A DNA stretch of 64,000 nucleotides from an uncultured Candidatus Binatia bacterium (GCA_965242525.1 OZ251459.1:3200001-3264000), one strand, 5' to 3'; positions 1-10,470 are shown, counted from the first letter of the stretch. The notes: generated from the letters alone by a model not told the origin. Translations and numbers: made by a program.

Positions 1-1324
1 AGGGCCGGAGCTCGTCGTAGCGGAACCGTTCCAGGGCCTGTTCCAGCGCGCTCGGATAGTCGCCGCTGTCGAGGATCGTGGGGTTGGTCCCCGGCCGGGT
101 CTGCCCCACCTCGTAGGGGATCTCCGCGGGCTGCACCAGGTTCTTCCGCCGCAGCTCCACCGCGTCCATGCCCAGGTCCCGCGCCATCATGTCGAGCATG
201 CGCTCCCGGTAGAAGCAGGACTCCACCCGCCCCGGGGCCCGGAGCGTACCCAGGCCGGTCTTGTTGGTCATGACGCAGTGGATCTTCGCCTCGTAGTTGG
301 GGATGCGGTAGGGGCCGGTCAGCAGCGCCGCGGTGGAGCAGGGCACCAGCCCGCCGTGGGTGCGCACGTACGCGCCCATGTCGCCGTATATCCGCGCGCG
401 CAGGGCCAACAGCGTCCCGTCCCGGCGCGCGGCCACCTCCAGTTCGCAGGTCACTTGGCGCGAGTGGTTGGCCGCCAGCAGGTGCTCGCGCCGGTCCTCG
501 ATCCACTTGACCGGAAGCCCGAGCTTCATGGACGCGAACGGGACCAGGAAGTCCTCGGGATAGAGTTCGCCGCGGATGCCGAAGCCGCCGCCCACGTCGT
601 TCTCCTCGAAGTGGCACTTGTGCTCCGGGAGGCGCAGGAAGGCGGCGATGGTCTGCCGGTTCAGGTGGGGCAGCTTGGTGGCGCCATAGACGCTGAGCTC
701 GCCCTTGCCGCGGTCGAAGTGGGCCACGATGCCCCGGGTCTCCATGGGGTTGCCGGTGAAGCGGTGGACCCGGAACTCCTCGCGGCGCGTGTAGTCGGCT
801 TCCTCGAACGCCTTGTCCGCATCGCCGATGGAGACGTGGTGGACCCCGGCCAGGTTGGTGCCGTTGGGTTCGTGGACGAGCACATGGTCCCGCAGCGCCT
901 CCCGCACGTCCATGACTTCCGGCAGCACCTCGTACTCCACCTCGATGGCGTCGATGGCGTCCTCGGCCAGGTAGCGGCTCTCGGCCACGGCCACGGCCAC
1001 GGGCTCGCCCACGTAGCGCGCCACGTCCCGGGCCAGGGCGGGTTGCAGGTACTTTTCCAGCCCCGGGATCTTGTACATGCGGATGGGCACGGTGGCGTCG
1101 AGGTCGCCGATGTCCCGGAGCGTGAACACCGAGAGCACCCCCGGCAGGGCCTCTGCCCCGCGGGTGTCGATGTTCAGGATGCGGGCGTGGGCATGGGGGC
1201 TGCGGAGGATCGCGGCGTGCGCCATGTGGGGCAGCTTGATGTCGTCCACGTAGGTGCCGCTGCCGGTGATGAACCGGACGTCCTCGCGCCGCTTGATGGG
1301 AGCGCCGATGTAGGGTTGCGCCAT
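1..1324 (-). CDS. Xanthine dehydrogenase/CoxL-family molybdopterin-binding large subunit (3' part runs off the window start)
   Basis: Not in the ORF track; read manually from ATG at 1324: MAQPYIGAPIKRREDVRFITGSGTYVDDIKLP...VGGGFGIRGELYPE...TNKTGLGTLRAPGRVES; lies downstream of the CoxM- and CoxS-like genes. Confidence 0.9.
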   Translation of the reverse strand, partial: MAQPYIGAPIKRREDVRFITGSGTYVDDIKLPHMAHAAILRSPHAHARILNIDTRGAEALPGVLSVFTLRDIGDLDATVPIRMYKIPGLEKYLQPALARDVARYVGEPVAVAVAESRYLAEDAIDAIEVEYEVLPEVMDVREALRDHVLVHEPNGTNLAGVHHVSIGDADKAFEEADYTRREEFRVHRFTGNPMETRGIVAHFDRGKGELSVYGATKLPHLNRQTIAAFLRLPEHKCHFEENDVGGGFGIRGELYPEDFLVPFASMKLGLPVKWIEDRREHLLAANHSRQVTCELEVAARRDGTLLALRARIYGDMGAYVRTHGGLVPCSTAALLTGPYRIPNYEAKIHCVMTNKTGLGTLRAPGRVESCFYRERMLDMMARDLGMDAVELRRKNLVQPAEIPYEVGQTRPGTNPTILDSGDYPSALEQALERFRYDELRP

Positions 1325-1400
1325 TTCAGAACTTCCCGTTCCAAGCCCGCGGCGGCCGTCCGCGGCGGCATTGCCGCGGCTCGCCTCCCCGGGCGCGCGA

Positions 1401-1892
1401 TCAATCCTCGTCCGGGCCGGGGCCGAGCTCCGGGGCCGCCTGCGCGATGGCCTCGATGATGGGTTGGTAGCCGGTGCACCGGCAGATGTTGCCCGAGATG
1501 GCTTCGCGGATCTCGGCCTCCGTGGGATCGGGTTTCTCCTTGAGGAACGCGGACGCGGTCATGAGGAACCCCGGTGTGCAGAAGCCGCACTGGAGCGCGT
1601 GCCGGTCCTGGAACGCCGTCTGCAAGGGGTGCAGGCGGTCGCCGTCCGCGAGGCTCTCGACGGTCTCCAGGGCGGCGCCTTCCGCCTGGACCGCGAGGAG
1701 CAGGCACGAGCGCACCGCCTCGCCGTCCATGACCACGGTGCAGGCCCCGCAGACCCCGTGCTCGCAGCCCAGGTGCGTCCCGGTGAGGTCCAGCTCGTTC
1801 CGCAGGAAGTCCGCCAGGGTCATGCGCACTTCCACCAGCTTCTCGTAGGCCTTGCCGTTCACCTTCAGGTTGAGGATGCTCCGGGTGCTCAT
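1401..1892 (-). CDS. (2Fe-2S)-binding small subunit, CoxS/XdhC-like
   Basis: GCEHGVCGACTV and QCGFCTPG...NICRCTGY motifs. Confidence 0.95.
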   Translation of the reverse strand: MSTRSILNLKVNGKAYEKLVEVRMTLADFLRNELDLTGTHLGCEHGVCGACTVVMDGEAVRSCLLLAVQAEGAALETVESLADGDRLHPLQTAFQDRHALQCGFCTPGFLMTASAFLKEKPDPTEAEIREAISGNICRCTGYQPIIEAIAQAAPELGPGPDED

Positions 1893-2824
1893 GGCGTTGC
1901 CCTCCGTGCGGCCGCGGCCAGCGCGCGCCGGGTCAGGACGCCGCCCACCTCCTTGCGGTAGAGCGCGGAGGCGTGGATGTCCGAGTCGGGGTCGAGCTCG
2001 TCCGCCACGATGCGCTCCACGTCCCTCAGTGTGGCATCGTCGAACGCGGTCCCGTCCAACGCGGGTCCGTCGTCCAACCCGGACTTGTCCAACGTGAACC
2101 CGGACCGTAATGCGGCCCCCTTCAGGCGCTCTTCCGCCTTCTCGACGCGGACGGGCTTTCCGCCCACTCCGAACAGGACGACGCGGGCGTCCTCACAGGC
2201 AGCGCCGTCGATGTCCACCCACAGGGCGACGCCGACCATGGCGAAGTCGCCCTTGCGGCGCGACACTTCGTCGATGGCCCAGAGCCTGCTCGGTTTCCAG
2301 GGCGGCAGCCGGACCTCGGTCAGGACCTCGTTGGCCTCGATGGCCGTGGCCATGTAGCCCAGGTAGAAATCTTCGGCGGGCACGACCCGTTCTCCGGAGG
2401 CGCTGGCGAGGACGAACTCCGCGCCCAACGCCACGGTTACCGCGGGCAACTCCGCGGCCGGGTCTGCGTGGACCAGGCTTCCCCCCACGGTGCCGCGGTT
2501 GCGGATCTGGAAGTGGCCGATCAGGGGCACGGCCGCGGCCAGCAGGGGATTCCCTGCGGCGAGACCCGCGTCCCGCTCCAGCGCCCGCTGGCGCGTCAAC
2601 GCCCCGATGCCGATGCCGCTGTCGCCGCCGTCGGCGATCCGGTCCAGACCGGGAACCCGGTTCAGGTCGATGACGGCCGCGGGACGCGCCAACCGCAGGT
2701 TCATGAGCGGCATGAGGCTCTGGCCGCCGGCCAGGACCTTCCCGTCCTCGCCGTGCTCGTCGAGCAGGCGCACCGCCTCGTCGAGGCTCTCCGGACAGTA
2801 ATAGGCAAAGGGCGCAGGTTTCAT
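1889..2824 (-). CDS. FAD-binding medium subunit, CoxM-like
   Basis: MKPAPFAY start, AGGQSLMP, IRNRGTVGGSLVHADPAAELP. Confidence 0.95.
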   Translation of the reverse strand: MKPAPFAYYCPESLDEAVRLLDEHGEDGKVLAGGQSLMPLMNLRLARPAAVIDLNRVPGLDRIADGGDSGIGIGALTRQRALERDAGLAAGNPLLAAAVPLIGHFQIRNRGTVGGSLVHADPAAELPAVTVALGAEFVLASASGERVVPAEDFYLGYMATAIEANEVLTEVRLPPWKPSRLWAIDEVSRRKGDFAMVGVALWVDIDGAACEDARVVLFGVGGKPVRVEKAEERLKGAALRSGFTLDKSGLDDGPALDGTAFDDATLRDVERIVADELDPDSDIHASALYRKEVGGVLTRRALAAAARRATP

Positions 2825-2955
2825 GGGGATGGACGCTGCTTCTCGGGCGCGTAGCCCGATTTCCGCAACCTATAGCATGGCTCTACCAACACGCCAAGGC
2901 CGCGTTGCAGGAGGGCAAGGTAGCCGGGAGGCAGACGTCGCGGACGCCCCACCCA

Positions 2956-3092
2956 CGTCATTCCCGCGAAAGCGGGAATCCATCCGTGTTCGTACAACGA
3001 GAACGATGAAACTGGATTCCCGCTTTCGCGGGAATGACGTGGTGCGGCTTTCGCGGGGATGACGGGATGGGGAGTGTCGCAACCCACACGAA
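2956..3092. repeat. REP-type palindromic repeat family A (CGTCATTCCCGCGAAAGCGGGAATCCA), inverted doublet plus conserved tail
   Basis: Inverted copies at about 2956-2982 and 3013-3039; the tail GGCTTTCGCGGGGATGACGGGATGGG-AGTGTCGCAACCCACACGAA recurs at about 57755-57802. Confidence 0.9.
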
Positions 3093-3147
3093 AGCCGGAA
3101 GAGCCATCAAGTCCTCTGTCAAAAGAGAGAGCGCCCATCCCCTCGCG

Positions 3148-4719
3148 CTACCGGGCCGTGACCCGCTGGCTGATGGCGTTCGCCGCGGCGTGGGCGGCCA
3201 GCACGGCGCCTTCCTGCCAGCCGGGCAGGACGGTGATCTGGTCGCCGGCGATCCAGATCGCGCCGTCGGGCTTGGTCAGCGCTTCCGGTGCCCCGTCGCC
3301 GTATTCGGGCCAGCCGCCCTTCTGGAAGGGGACCTTCGCCCAGGCCCGGCTGACCCCGGATTCGATCTCCGACGCATATCCGCGATGGATCCGCCCGCCC
3401 TCGGCCATGGCCGCCTGCAAGCGCTCCGGCGGAGGCATCTTTTCAAAGCGCTTGCAGGGCTCGTCGTCCCAGACGTAGGCGCCGAGGATCACGCCCTTGT
3501 CGCGATGGTAGCCGTTCGCCGGATACCAGATCTGCGTGATGTCCTGGTCGGTCCACGAGATCCCGCCGTAGATGGCGTGATCCTCCTCCCAGAAGCGGCG
3601 GCGGGCCTGGAAGGCGATCTTGACGGCCGGGACGAACTTCACGGACGCGAGCGCCGCCCGCACCTCCGGGGAGAAGTCGTTGGGGACGTCCTTCAGGACG
3701 GTGGCGGGGATGGTGCAGATCGCGAAGTCGGCGTCGACGGCCTCGTCGGCGCCGGTGCGCGTATCCCGGCAGACGATGCGGGCCCCGCCGGGCGTCTTGC
3801 GGATCTCGGTGACGACGCGCCCGTACCGGATGAGGGCGCCCACGCGCTGTTCGAACGCCCTGGCGATGGCGTCCATGCCCCCGACCGGCTGCATCAGCGT
3901 CGGGTTGGAGTCGAGGAACTGGCTGTAATGGAGCTTGTATTCCCAGAATTCGGACCGGAGCAGCTCGCTGAAGTCCAGGGGGTCGTGCACCTCCCCGGCC
4001 TCGAGCCCCGCGTTGATGCGTTCGCCCCGGTATCCGCCGCGGCTGGAGCCCTTGTAGAGATGATCCGGGTCCAGGTCGCCGAAGCTGCGGAGCATGGCGA
4101 GGACGCGCTCCTTGTCCTCGCCCGAGAGCGCGCTGTCCAGGGCGTTGCCGTTCACCGACTTGGCGAGCAGCTCGGCGACGTACCCGCGCAGATCGGTCGT
4201 GACCCGGCGGCCCGGAACGGGCTCGCCGCCGAACCGCTCCCGGTTGTGGAACAGGGCCGCGCGGTTGTCGTTGGTGAAGACCTCCAGCTCGACCCCGAAC
4301 TCCTTGCAGTAGCCGAGGATCGCCCGGTGGTGGTAGGGGATGCGGGCCGGCCCGAGGTTCGCATACATGTGGTCCTGCCGGTCGAAGTCCACCCATTGGC
4401 GGCTGTCGGTCTCCCGGACCACGTCGCCGCCGCGCACGGTGAGGTTGCGCCCGCCGGCCCGGCCGGTGGCTTCCAGGATGGTGCAGCGGTAACCGGCTTT
4501 CGACAGCTCGTAGGCCGCGGTCATGCCGGAGACGCCGGCCCCGAGGATGGCCACGCTCTTGCCCTGGCCGGAGCTGCGAGGCAGGTCGAGGGGCGCGGCG
4601 TGGGCCTCGCCCATGCCCGACAGGCCCAGGGCCTGCATGGTCCGATAGACGGCGTCCACCCCGGCCACCGCGCCGACGGACTGGATGAAGTTCCGTCTGG
4701 TCATCTTCATGGTCTTCAC
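3148..4719 (-). CDS. Tat-exported flavin monoamine oxidase / L-amino acid oxidase family protein
   Basis: TRRNFI twin-arginine signal, GAGVSG Rossmann motif, EATGRAGGR, NLGPARIP, GWQEGA. Confidence 0.9.
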   Translation of the reverse strand: MKTMKMTRRNFIQSVGAVAGVDAVYRTMQALGLSGMGEAHAAPLDLPRSSGQGKSVAILGAGVSGMTAAYELSKAGYRCTILEATGRAGGRNLTVRGGDVVRETDSRQWVDFDRQDHMYANLGPARIPYHHRAILGYCKEFGVELEVFTNDNRAALFHNRERFGGEPVPGRRVTTDLRGYVAELLAKSVNGNALDSALSGEDKERVLAMLRSFGDLDPDHLYKGSSRGGYRGERINAGLEAGEVHDPLDFSELLRSEFWEYKLHYSQFLDSNPTLMQPVGGMDAIARAFEQRVGALIRYGRVVTEIRKTPGGARIVCRDTRTGADEAVDADFAICTIPATVLKDVPNDFSPEVRAALASVKFVPAVKIAFQARRRFWEEDHAIYGGISWTDQDITQIWYPANGYHRDKGVILGAYVWDDEPCKRFEKMPPPERLQAAMAEGGRIHRGYASEIESGVSRAWAKVPFQKGGWPEYGDGAPEALTKPDGAIWIAGDQITVLPGWQEGAVLAAHAAANAISQRVTAR

Positions 4720-5119
4720 CTGCCTTTCCGCCGGCCGTCCCCAAGGGGGCCGGTCCGAACACGGCGCAGGAAGCGGATACCCGGACGGCGAGGGTCTTGT
4801 CGCGCCTTCTTGCAGGGGCCTTATTGTTTCACGGACTATTGCACGGACGCGCCCGCAAGAAAAGCGTGGGAGGGGCGTCGAAAGGGCGTTGGAATGCCGG
4901 GTTCGAGCCGCTGCGCCGACCCGGATCAGCGCTGCGCGCCGCCGCCGGATCCCCCTGTGGACGGCTTGGCCCCGGGGCCGCGGCCGTTCTTGACATTTGA
5001 GAACGGGGAAAGTAGTTTCAGCATCTTTGGCCGTCCGGGGCGCCGCGCACGAGGCGCTTCCGGCAGTCCGGCAGGGTAGTCCGGTAGGGTAATCCGGCAG
5101 ATCGGAAAGGAGTTCTCCA

Positions 5120-6082
5120 ATGCGGCGACGGAAACGGTTTCAAGTGGTCCTGTTCATCGCGCTCTTCGTCGGGAGCCTCGCGGTTGCGCCGTCCGTCCTG
5201 GCGGACAGCTACAAGTTCGGCGTGTCGAAGCCCGGCGGCTCCTGGTATCCCATCGGGACCGTGGTCCAGCGGCTGGCCGAGAAAAAGGACGGAGACAAGG
5301 TGTCGCTGGACATCGGCGGAGGAACGTCCAACCTGCTGAACGTCATGGCCGGAAAGCTCCACTTCGGGCTGACCAGCGCAACCTCGGTGTCCGAAGCGCT
5401 CAAGGGCCGGGGAAAGTTCGCGGGCAAGGAGGAAGCGGCGAAGAAGGTGCGGCTGGCCGCGGTGCTGTACCCCAACTACCTGTTCTGGGTGGTGTGGGCC
5501 GATTCCGACATCACGTCCTACGAGCAGCTCAAGGGCAAGAGCGTCAACGTGATGCCCAAGCGGTTCTCGTTCCAGGCCCTGAACCAGCAGATGCTGGGCG
5601 CGCTGGGCATCGAATACGAGGACTTCTCCAAGGTCAACTACCTCGGCTTCAACGACGCCGTGGCCCAGATGAAGGACAAGCACATCGACGCCTACCTCGG
5701 ACCCGGCGAGGAGAACTACGCCCCCATCGTCCAGTTGGCCGCCCACGCGCCCATCCGGATCCTCTCGTTCTCCAAGGAAGCCCAGATGAAGATGAACACC
5801 GCCAACCCCGCGGCCGTGCCCTTCACCCTGGACAAGAAGTACTACGAGCAGACCGCGGACGTGAACACGGTCCAGACCTTCGTGACCATCGTCACCAACG
5901 CCGACGTTTCGGAAGAGCAGGTCTATAAGTTCACCAAGCTGGTCTATGACAACCTCGGGGAGTTCGCGGGCGCGGTGAAGGCGTTCTCACGGGTCAAGGC
6001 CGAGAACGGCGCCGCGGACATGGGCATCGTCCGTCATGCCGGCATGACCCGCTACCTGAAGGAAAAGGGAATCCTCAACTAG
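5120..6082 (+). CDS. TAXI-family TRAP transporter solute-binding protein
   Basis: Signal peptide, PGGSWYPIG, GGGTSNL, HAGMTRYLKEKG C-terminus; adjacent to a fused permease. Confidence 0.9.
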   Translation: MRRRKRFQVVLFIALFVGSLAVAPSVLADSYKFGVSKPGGSWYPIGTVVQRLAEKKDGDKVSLDIGGGTSNLLNVMAGKLHFGLTSATSVSEALKGRGKFAGKEEAAKKVRLAAVLYPNYLFWVVWADSDITSYEQLKGKSVNVMPKRFSFQALNQQMLGALGIEYEDFSKVNYLGFNDAVAQMKDKHIDAYLGPGEENYAPIVQLAAHAPIRILSFSKEAQMKMNTANPAAVPFTLDKKYYEQTADVNTVQTFVTIVTNADVSEEQVYKFTKLVYDNLGEFAGAVKAFSRVKAENGAADMGIVRHAGMTRYLKEKGILN

Positions 6083-6097
6083 GCGAGGGACTCCTCG

Positions 6098-6135
6098 AAG
6101 AGGGGCGGCGCGGAAGCGCTGGCCCCTCTTTTTTT
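6098..6135 (+). terminator. Rho-independent terminator/attenuator between TAXI receptor and permease
   Basis: AAGAGGGGC...GCCCCTCTT stem followed by a T run. Confidence 0.65.
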
Positions 6136-6235
6136 GCTCCCGGGCGCCTCGGCAGCGCCCGGGAGAGCGGCCTTCCGCAACTTCGCGTCTTCGCACCGCG
6201 TCGGACACCGGCTCCGGGGCGCACGGGCAGCACAC

Positions 6236-8131
6236 ATGCAGCGTCGTCTCACAGGCATCCCCGGCATGGTCCTGAGCCTCGTGGCTCTCGCGGCCTCCCT
6301 CTACCACCTCTACACCGGCTTCTTCGGGCAGCCGGAAGCCTACCTGCACCGGGTGATCCACGTCACCCTGATGATCTGGATCACGCTGATGAGCTACGCC
6401 GCGTTCAAGCGGCCGGACGACGGCAAGCTCCCCTGGTACGACGCGCTGGTGGTCCTGGGCTGGCTCCTGTCCATGGGCTACATCTTCTACGAATACGACT
6501 GGATCGTGGAGCACATCGGCCACACCGAGACCTTCGCGCCCTACCAGATCGTCCTGGCCTTCGGCGGCGTCGCGCTGGTGCTGGAGGCGTGCCGCCGCGC
6601 CATCGGCTGGCCCCTCATGGCCCTGGCCCTCGTCGTCTTCCTGTTCGCCTTCGCGGGGCCGTACCTGCCCGGGTTCCTGCACCACGAGGGCTACTCGCTG
6701 TCGCTGGTGGCCGACAACCAGTACTTCCTCACCGACGGACTGTTCGGGCTCCCCACCCACATCTCGGCCAACTTCATCTTCCTGTTCATCGTCTTCGGCG
6801 CCTTCCTGGAGAAGTCGGGCTTCGGGCAGTTCACCATCGAGTTCGCCACCGCGCTGGCGGGCCGCTTCCGGGGCGGTCCGGCCAAGATCGCGGTGTTGTC
6901 CAGCGGCCTCATGGGCTCCATCTCGGGCAGCAGCACCGCCAACGCGGTGATCACCGGCTCCTTCAGCATCCCGATGATGAAGAAGATCGGGTTCCGGGGC
7001 TACATGGCGGGAGCGGTGGAGGCGTCGGCTTCCACCGGCGGGCTGATCATGCCGCCGGTGATGGCGTCGGCCGGCTTCCTCATGTCGGAATACACCGGCA
7101 TCCCCTACGTCAACGTGATGCAGTACATCCTGATCCCCGCGGTGCTCTACTTCCTGGCCGTGGGCATCATGGTGCACATCTACGCGGTCAAGGAGAAGAT
7201 CCCCACGGTGCCGCGGGAGGAGCTGCCGAGCCTCAAAAAGACCCTGATGGACCGGGGCCACCTGGCGCTGCCGCTGCTGATCCTCATCTACCTGCTGGTG
7301 GCGGGCTTCAGTCCGGGCTACGCGGTGGTGCGCTGCATCATCGCCATCGTGATCGTAAGCTGGTTCCGCAAGGAAACGCGCATGGGACCCAGGGCCGTCT
7401 GGGAGGCGCTGGTCCAGGGCGGGCTCCAGGCCACGGTGGTGGCGGTGGCCATCATCACTTCCGGCATCATGGTGGGCATCTTCGACCTGTCCGGGGTCGC
7501 CATCCGCTTCTCTGGCCTGATCGTGGACTTGGCGGGCGGGCAGTTGTTGCTGGCCCTCGTCTATGTGATGATCACGGCCATCGTCCTCGGCATGGGGCTG
7601 CCGCTGTCCTCCGCGTACATCGTCCAGGTGGGCATCGCCATCCCGGCCCTGGTCACCATGCTGAGGAGCATGGGCCTGGACGCCGACGCCATCGTGCCCC
7701 AGGCGCACCTGTTCGTGATCTTCTTCTGCGCGTTCTCCTCCATTACCCCGCCCACCGCGCCCACCAGCTATGCGGCCGCGGCCATTGCCCAGTCGCCGGT
7801 GGTGGCCACGTCCGTCGAAGCCGTGAAGCTCGCCTTGCCGGCCTTCGTGCTCCCCTACGCGTTCGTGGCCAACTCCGCGCTGCTGACCATCGGCACGCCC
7901 CTGGAGGTCACCGTGACCGTCTTCTTCGCCGTGTGCAGCATGGTGGCCATGGGGGTCGCGGTCCAGAGCTACTGCTTCCTGCGCCTGGACGCCTTGAGCC
8001 GCGTCCTGTTCCTCGCGGTCAGCCTGGGAATGGTGGCGCCGTCGATCCAATGGAACGCGGCGAGCCTGGCGCTGGGCGCAGCGCTGGGGGTTTACTGCCG
8101 GTTCCGTTCCCGCATGGCTGGCGGACCGTAG
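6236..8131 (+). CDS. TRAP transporter fused 4TM/12TM permease
   Basis: GGPAKIAV, SGSSTANAV, STGGLIMPPVM, LGMGLP, SSITPP motifs; start chosen at MQRRL. Confidence 0.93.
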   Translation: MQRRLTGIPGMVLSLVALAASLYHLYTGFFGQPEAYLHRVIHVTLMIWITLMSYAAFKRPDDGKLPWYDALVVLGWLLSMGYIFYEYDWIVEHIGHTETFAPYQIVLAFGGVALVLEACRRAIGWPLMALALVVFLFAFAGPYLPGFLHHEGYSLSLVADNQYFLTDGLFGLPTHISANFIFLFIVFGAFLEKSGFGQFTIEFATALAGRFRGGPAKIAVLSSGLMGSISGSSTANAVITGSFSIPMMKKIGFRGYMAGAVEASASTGGLIMPPVMASAGFLMSEYTGIPYVNVMQYILIPAVLYFLAVGIMVHIYAVKEKIPTVPREELPSLKKTLMDRGHLALPLLILIYLLVAGFSPGYAVVRCIIAIVIVSWFRKETRMGPRAVWEALVQGGLQATVVAVAIITSGIMVGIFDLSGVAIRFSGLIVDLAGGQLLLALVYVMITAIVLGMGLPLSSAYIVQVGIAIPALVTMLRSMGLDADAIVPQAHLFVIFFCAFSSITPPTAPTSYAAAAIAQSPVVATSVEAVKLALPAFVLPYAFVANSALLTIGTPLEVTVTVFFAVCSMVAMGVAVQSYCFLRLDALSRVLFLAVSLGMVAPSIQWNAASLALGAALGVYCRFRSRMAGGP

Positions 8132-8338
8132 TCCGCGGTTGCCCGGTTTACGCTGCGGGGTTGCTGGCGTCACCTCTCCCCTTGTACCGGCCGCATAAAC
8201 GGGCTGGATTGGCACAAGAGACACGATCGGGTCAGTGCATTCGACACGAAAACCCATTTGTCTGCGCTGCTCAAGGAGTCGGACAGGGGCGTCCGTGCAC
8301 GCTGTCGGCGCAGATTGCGGCACGAAAGGTTCCCTTGT

Positions 8339-8728
8339 ATGGATTTCGTGATTGAAAACACCAGACTGCGGGAGCTGGTTGCCGTCGTAGGCGAGAACCG
8401 GACCTTTTTCGAGGACTTCGTCGATTTCCTGAAGGGCCAAGGTTATACAGGCCTGCAAGATTTCGTCAATTCCGATGACGATACAAAAGCGCTCTCAACC
8501 ATTTCCATCTATCTGGCCAGGGAATCCGATGCGAGGCTATTCGACGGCCTCGGAAATCCATATGTCAACTCGAAAGCCCGGTGGTTCTTTATCTCCTGGT
8601 TGTTTCGTGACGCCCCAGCCCAACGACTGGGACCGTTGGTTCATCTCATAGGGAGAGCGTGCGCTGGACGCTCTGCACCCGCCTTTTTGTCATATTGCAG
8701 TATTGTTCCGAGCACTCGATCCCGATGA
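8339..8728 (+). pseudogene. Truncated low-GC ORF, probable N-terminal fragment of a restriction endonuclease
   Basis: Protein-like sequence (MDFVIENTRL...WLFRDAPAQRLGPLV) stops making sense at about 8645, where it runs into the antisense 3' end of the MTase; endonuclease identity is inferred from context only. Confidence 0.4.
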
Positions 8729-9538
8729 ATTGCCTGTTCAGCTTGAGGGAAGCCAGAGCGGTGGCTCCGCTCCCCATGAACGGATCAAGGATGATGCCTT
8801 TCGAAGGGCTTCCCGCAAGAATACATGTTTCCACGAGCTTTTCCGGGAAAACGGCAAAGTGGCCGCCGCGGAATTTGGAAAGCGGAATTTCCCATACTGT
8901 TCGTTTGTTTCTCCCCTTGGGATGAAACGCCTGGTCCCAACGAGCATCATGGAGATTCGAGTTTCCACTGTTTTTCCCGTTTTCGGGAGTCCCGTTCGTC
9001 CTCCCGAAGTGATTCCGGCCTCCTTTCATGCGGCTCTTCTCCGTGAACGTTACATGTGGTTCCCTTACAGCATCTGCATCATAATAGTAATTGCTTGTTT
9101 TTACGAAGAAAAAATGTATTCGTGATCCGTTGTCGGTCTATTTTTGACTGACGACGGCATTGCATTCGGTTTATACCATATAATATCCGAGCGCAGAATG
9201 AACTTTCCCTTGTCTTGGAGTTGAATAGCCAATCGCCAGGGAAGGCTCGCTAAATTGCCATTCAGATACTTGTCGCCAATATTGAGCCAAAGACATCCTG
9301 AAGGCTTGAGAATACGCCGGCATTCAGAGAATACACAAAATAATCTTTCCAAATATTTTTCAATCGACCCCTCCGTTCCTATCTGCGCCCCATTCTCGTA
9401 ATCCCTTTGGCTATAATAGGGAGGGCTGGTTACCACCGCATCTACGCAGGCATCAGGAAACTTGACAAGTTCAGAGTAAGCATCCCCGAGGACAACCTGA
9501 TTCGTTAGTTCCTTGACGCTGTAACAAGCCTTGTTCAT
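8646..9538 (-). pseudogene. Beta-class site-specific DNA methyltransferase (N4-C/N6-A), frameshifted at A6 9109-9114
   Basis: TSPPY in the 5' ORF and HFAVFP...LDPFMGSG in the 3' ORF; adding one T on the minus strand restores HEYIFFFVKTSNYYYDADAVREPH. Confidence 0.88.
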
Positions 9539-9580
9539 CTTCAGTTTCTCCCTTGGAAGTCTCTATCTTACGCCATCCTT

Positions 9581-9814
9581 TTACTCCATACAACGTTGAA
9601 CCATGAGCTTGAGTTCCTCGATCACTTCGGTCAATGGCCGCGTCGGTTCGTGTCGGATCTGCTTCAACTCCTCGATGTCTTCGAGTTCCTCGAGGCGATC
9701 GAACAGCGCCTTTTGAATGAAGTGGTTCATGACGACGCCCCTCGACTTGCAGTACCGCTCCAGGGCGTTCTTCAGGGCTTCGTCCACCCTTGCATCGATC
9801 TGCACTTTTCCCAT
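9581..9814 (-). CDS. Ribbon-helix-helix antitoxin-like protein with no toxin partner
   Basis: MGKVQIDARVDEALKNALERYCKSRG...RLEELEDIEE, RelB/CopG-like pattern; the 3' end abuts the low-GC MTase region. Confidence 0.6.
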   Translation of the reverse strand: MGKVQIDARVDEALKNALERYCKSRGVVMNHFIQKALFDRLEELEDIEELKQIRHEPTRPLTEVIEELKLMVQRCME

Positions 9815-9954
9815 GGTTGCTCCGCAAAGCGATTCAGCGTATGCCAGCAAAAGCTAACATCCGTCGGCAGGAAGGGCAACCGCGCCGCTATCCCGATGAC
9901 CGGGAGGGTACCCTTTTGACCACGGTGCACAAGGGAGGGTATGGAAGCTCCCGG

Positions 9955-10452
9955 ATGATCCATCGTTCGACCTCGAACGTGGGGGACGACCCCCGTGCGC
10001 ACATGGACCTCACCTGGATACGCTGGCTGCTGGACAGCCATGCGCGATGGTTGAAGCGGGATCTCGTGGAGCGGACGGGCGCGCTCGAGGAGCAGGGGGA
10101 ACGGCTCTACCTCGCGCCTTTCGTGGCGGTGTCCCACGCCCTCGGCGAAGACCCCGTCCTCAACTACGGCAACCGGCAGGCGCTCGCGTTGTGGGAAATG
10201 ACCTGGCGGGAGTTCACCGCGACCCCTTCGCGGTTGACCGCGGAACCCTTGGAGCGCACGGAGCGGGCCCGGATGCTCGAACGGGTGGCCGCGTACGGCT
10301 TCGTTACCGATTACCGGGGCGTGCGCGTCTCGCGGACGGGCCGCCGCTTCCTCGTGGAACGGGCCACCGTATGGAACGTCCTGGACGAGCGCGGGAACGA
10401 ACGAGGCCAAGCCGCCTGCTTTTCACGCTGGACGCCCCTCGACCGGGCTTGA
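9955..10452 (+). CDS. MEKHLA domain protein (start could be 10003)
   Basis: LLDSHARW, APFVAVSH, DPVLNYGNRQAL, PSRLTAE, YRGVRVSRTGRRF, VWNV motifs. Confidence 0.88.
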   Translation: MIHRSTSNVGDDPRAHMDLTWIRWLLDSHARWLKRDLVERTGALEEQGERLYLAPFVAVSHALGEDPVLNYGNRQALALWEMTWREFTATPSRLTAEPLERTERARMLERVAAYGFVTDYRGVRVSRTGRRFLVERATVWNVLDERGNERGQAACFSRWTPLDRA

Positions 10453-10470
10453 CCGCCGGGGCATCGCCCC

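Noticed and set aside
5059-5105. Short TCCGG(C/T)AG repeats upstream of the TAXI gene
   Set aside because: Too short and irregular to support a regulatory call
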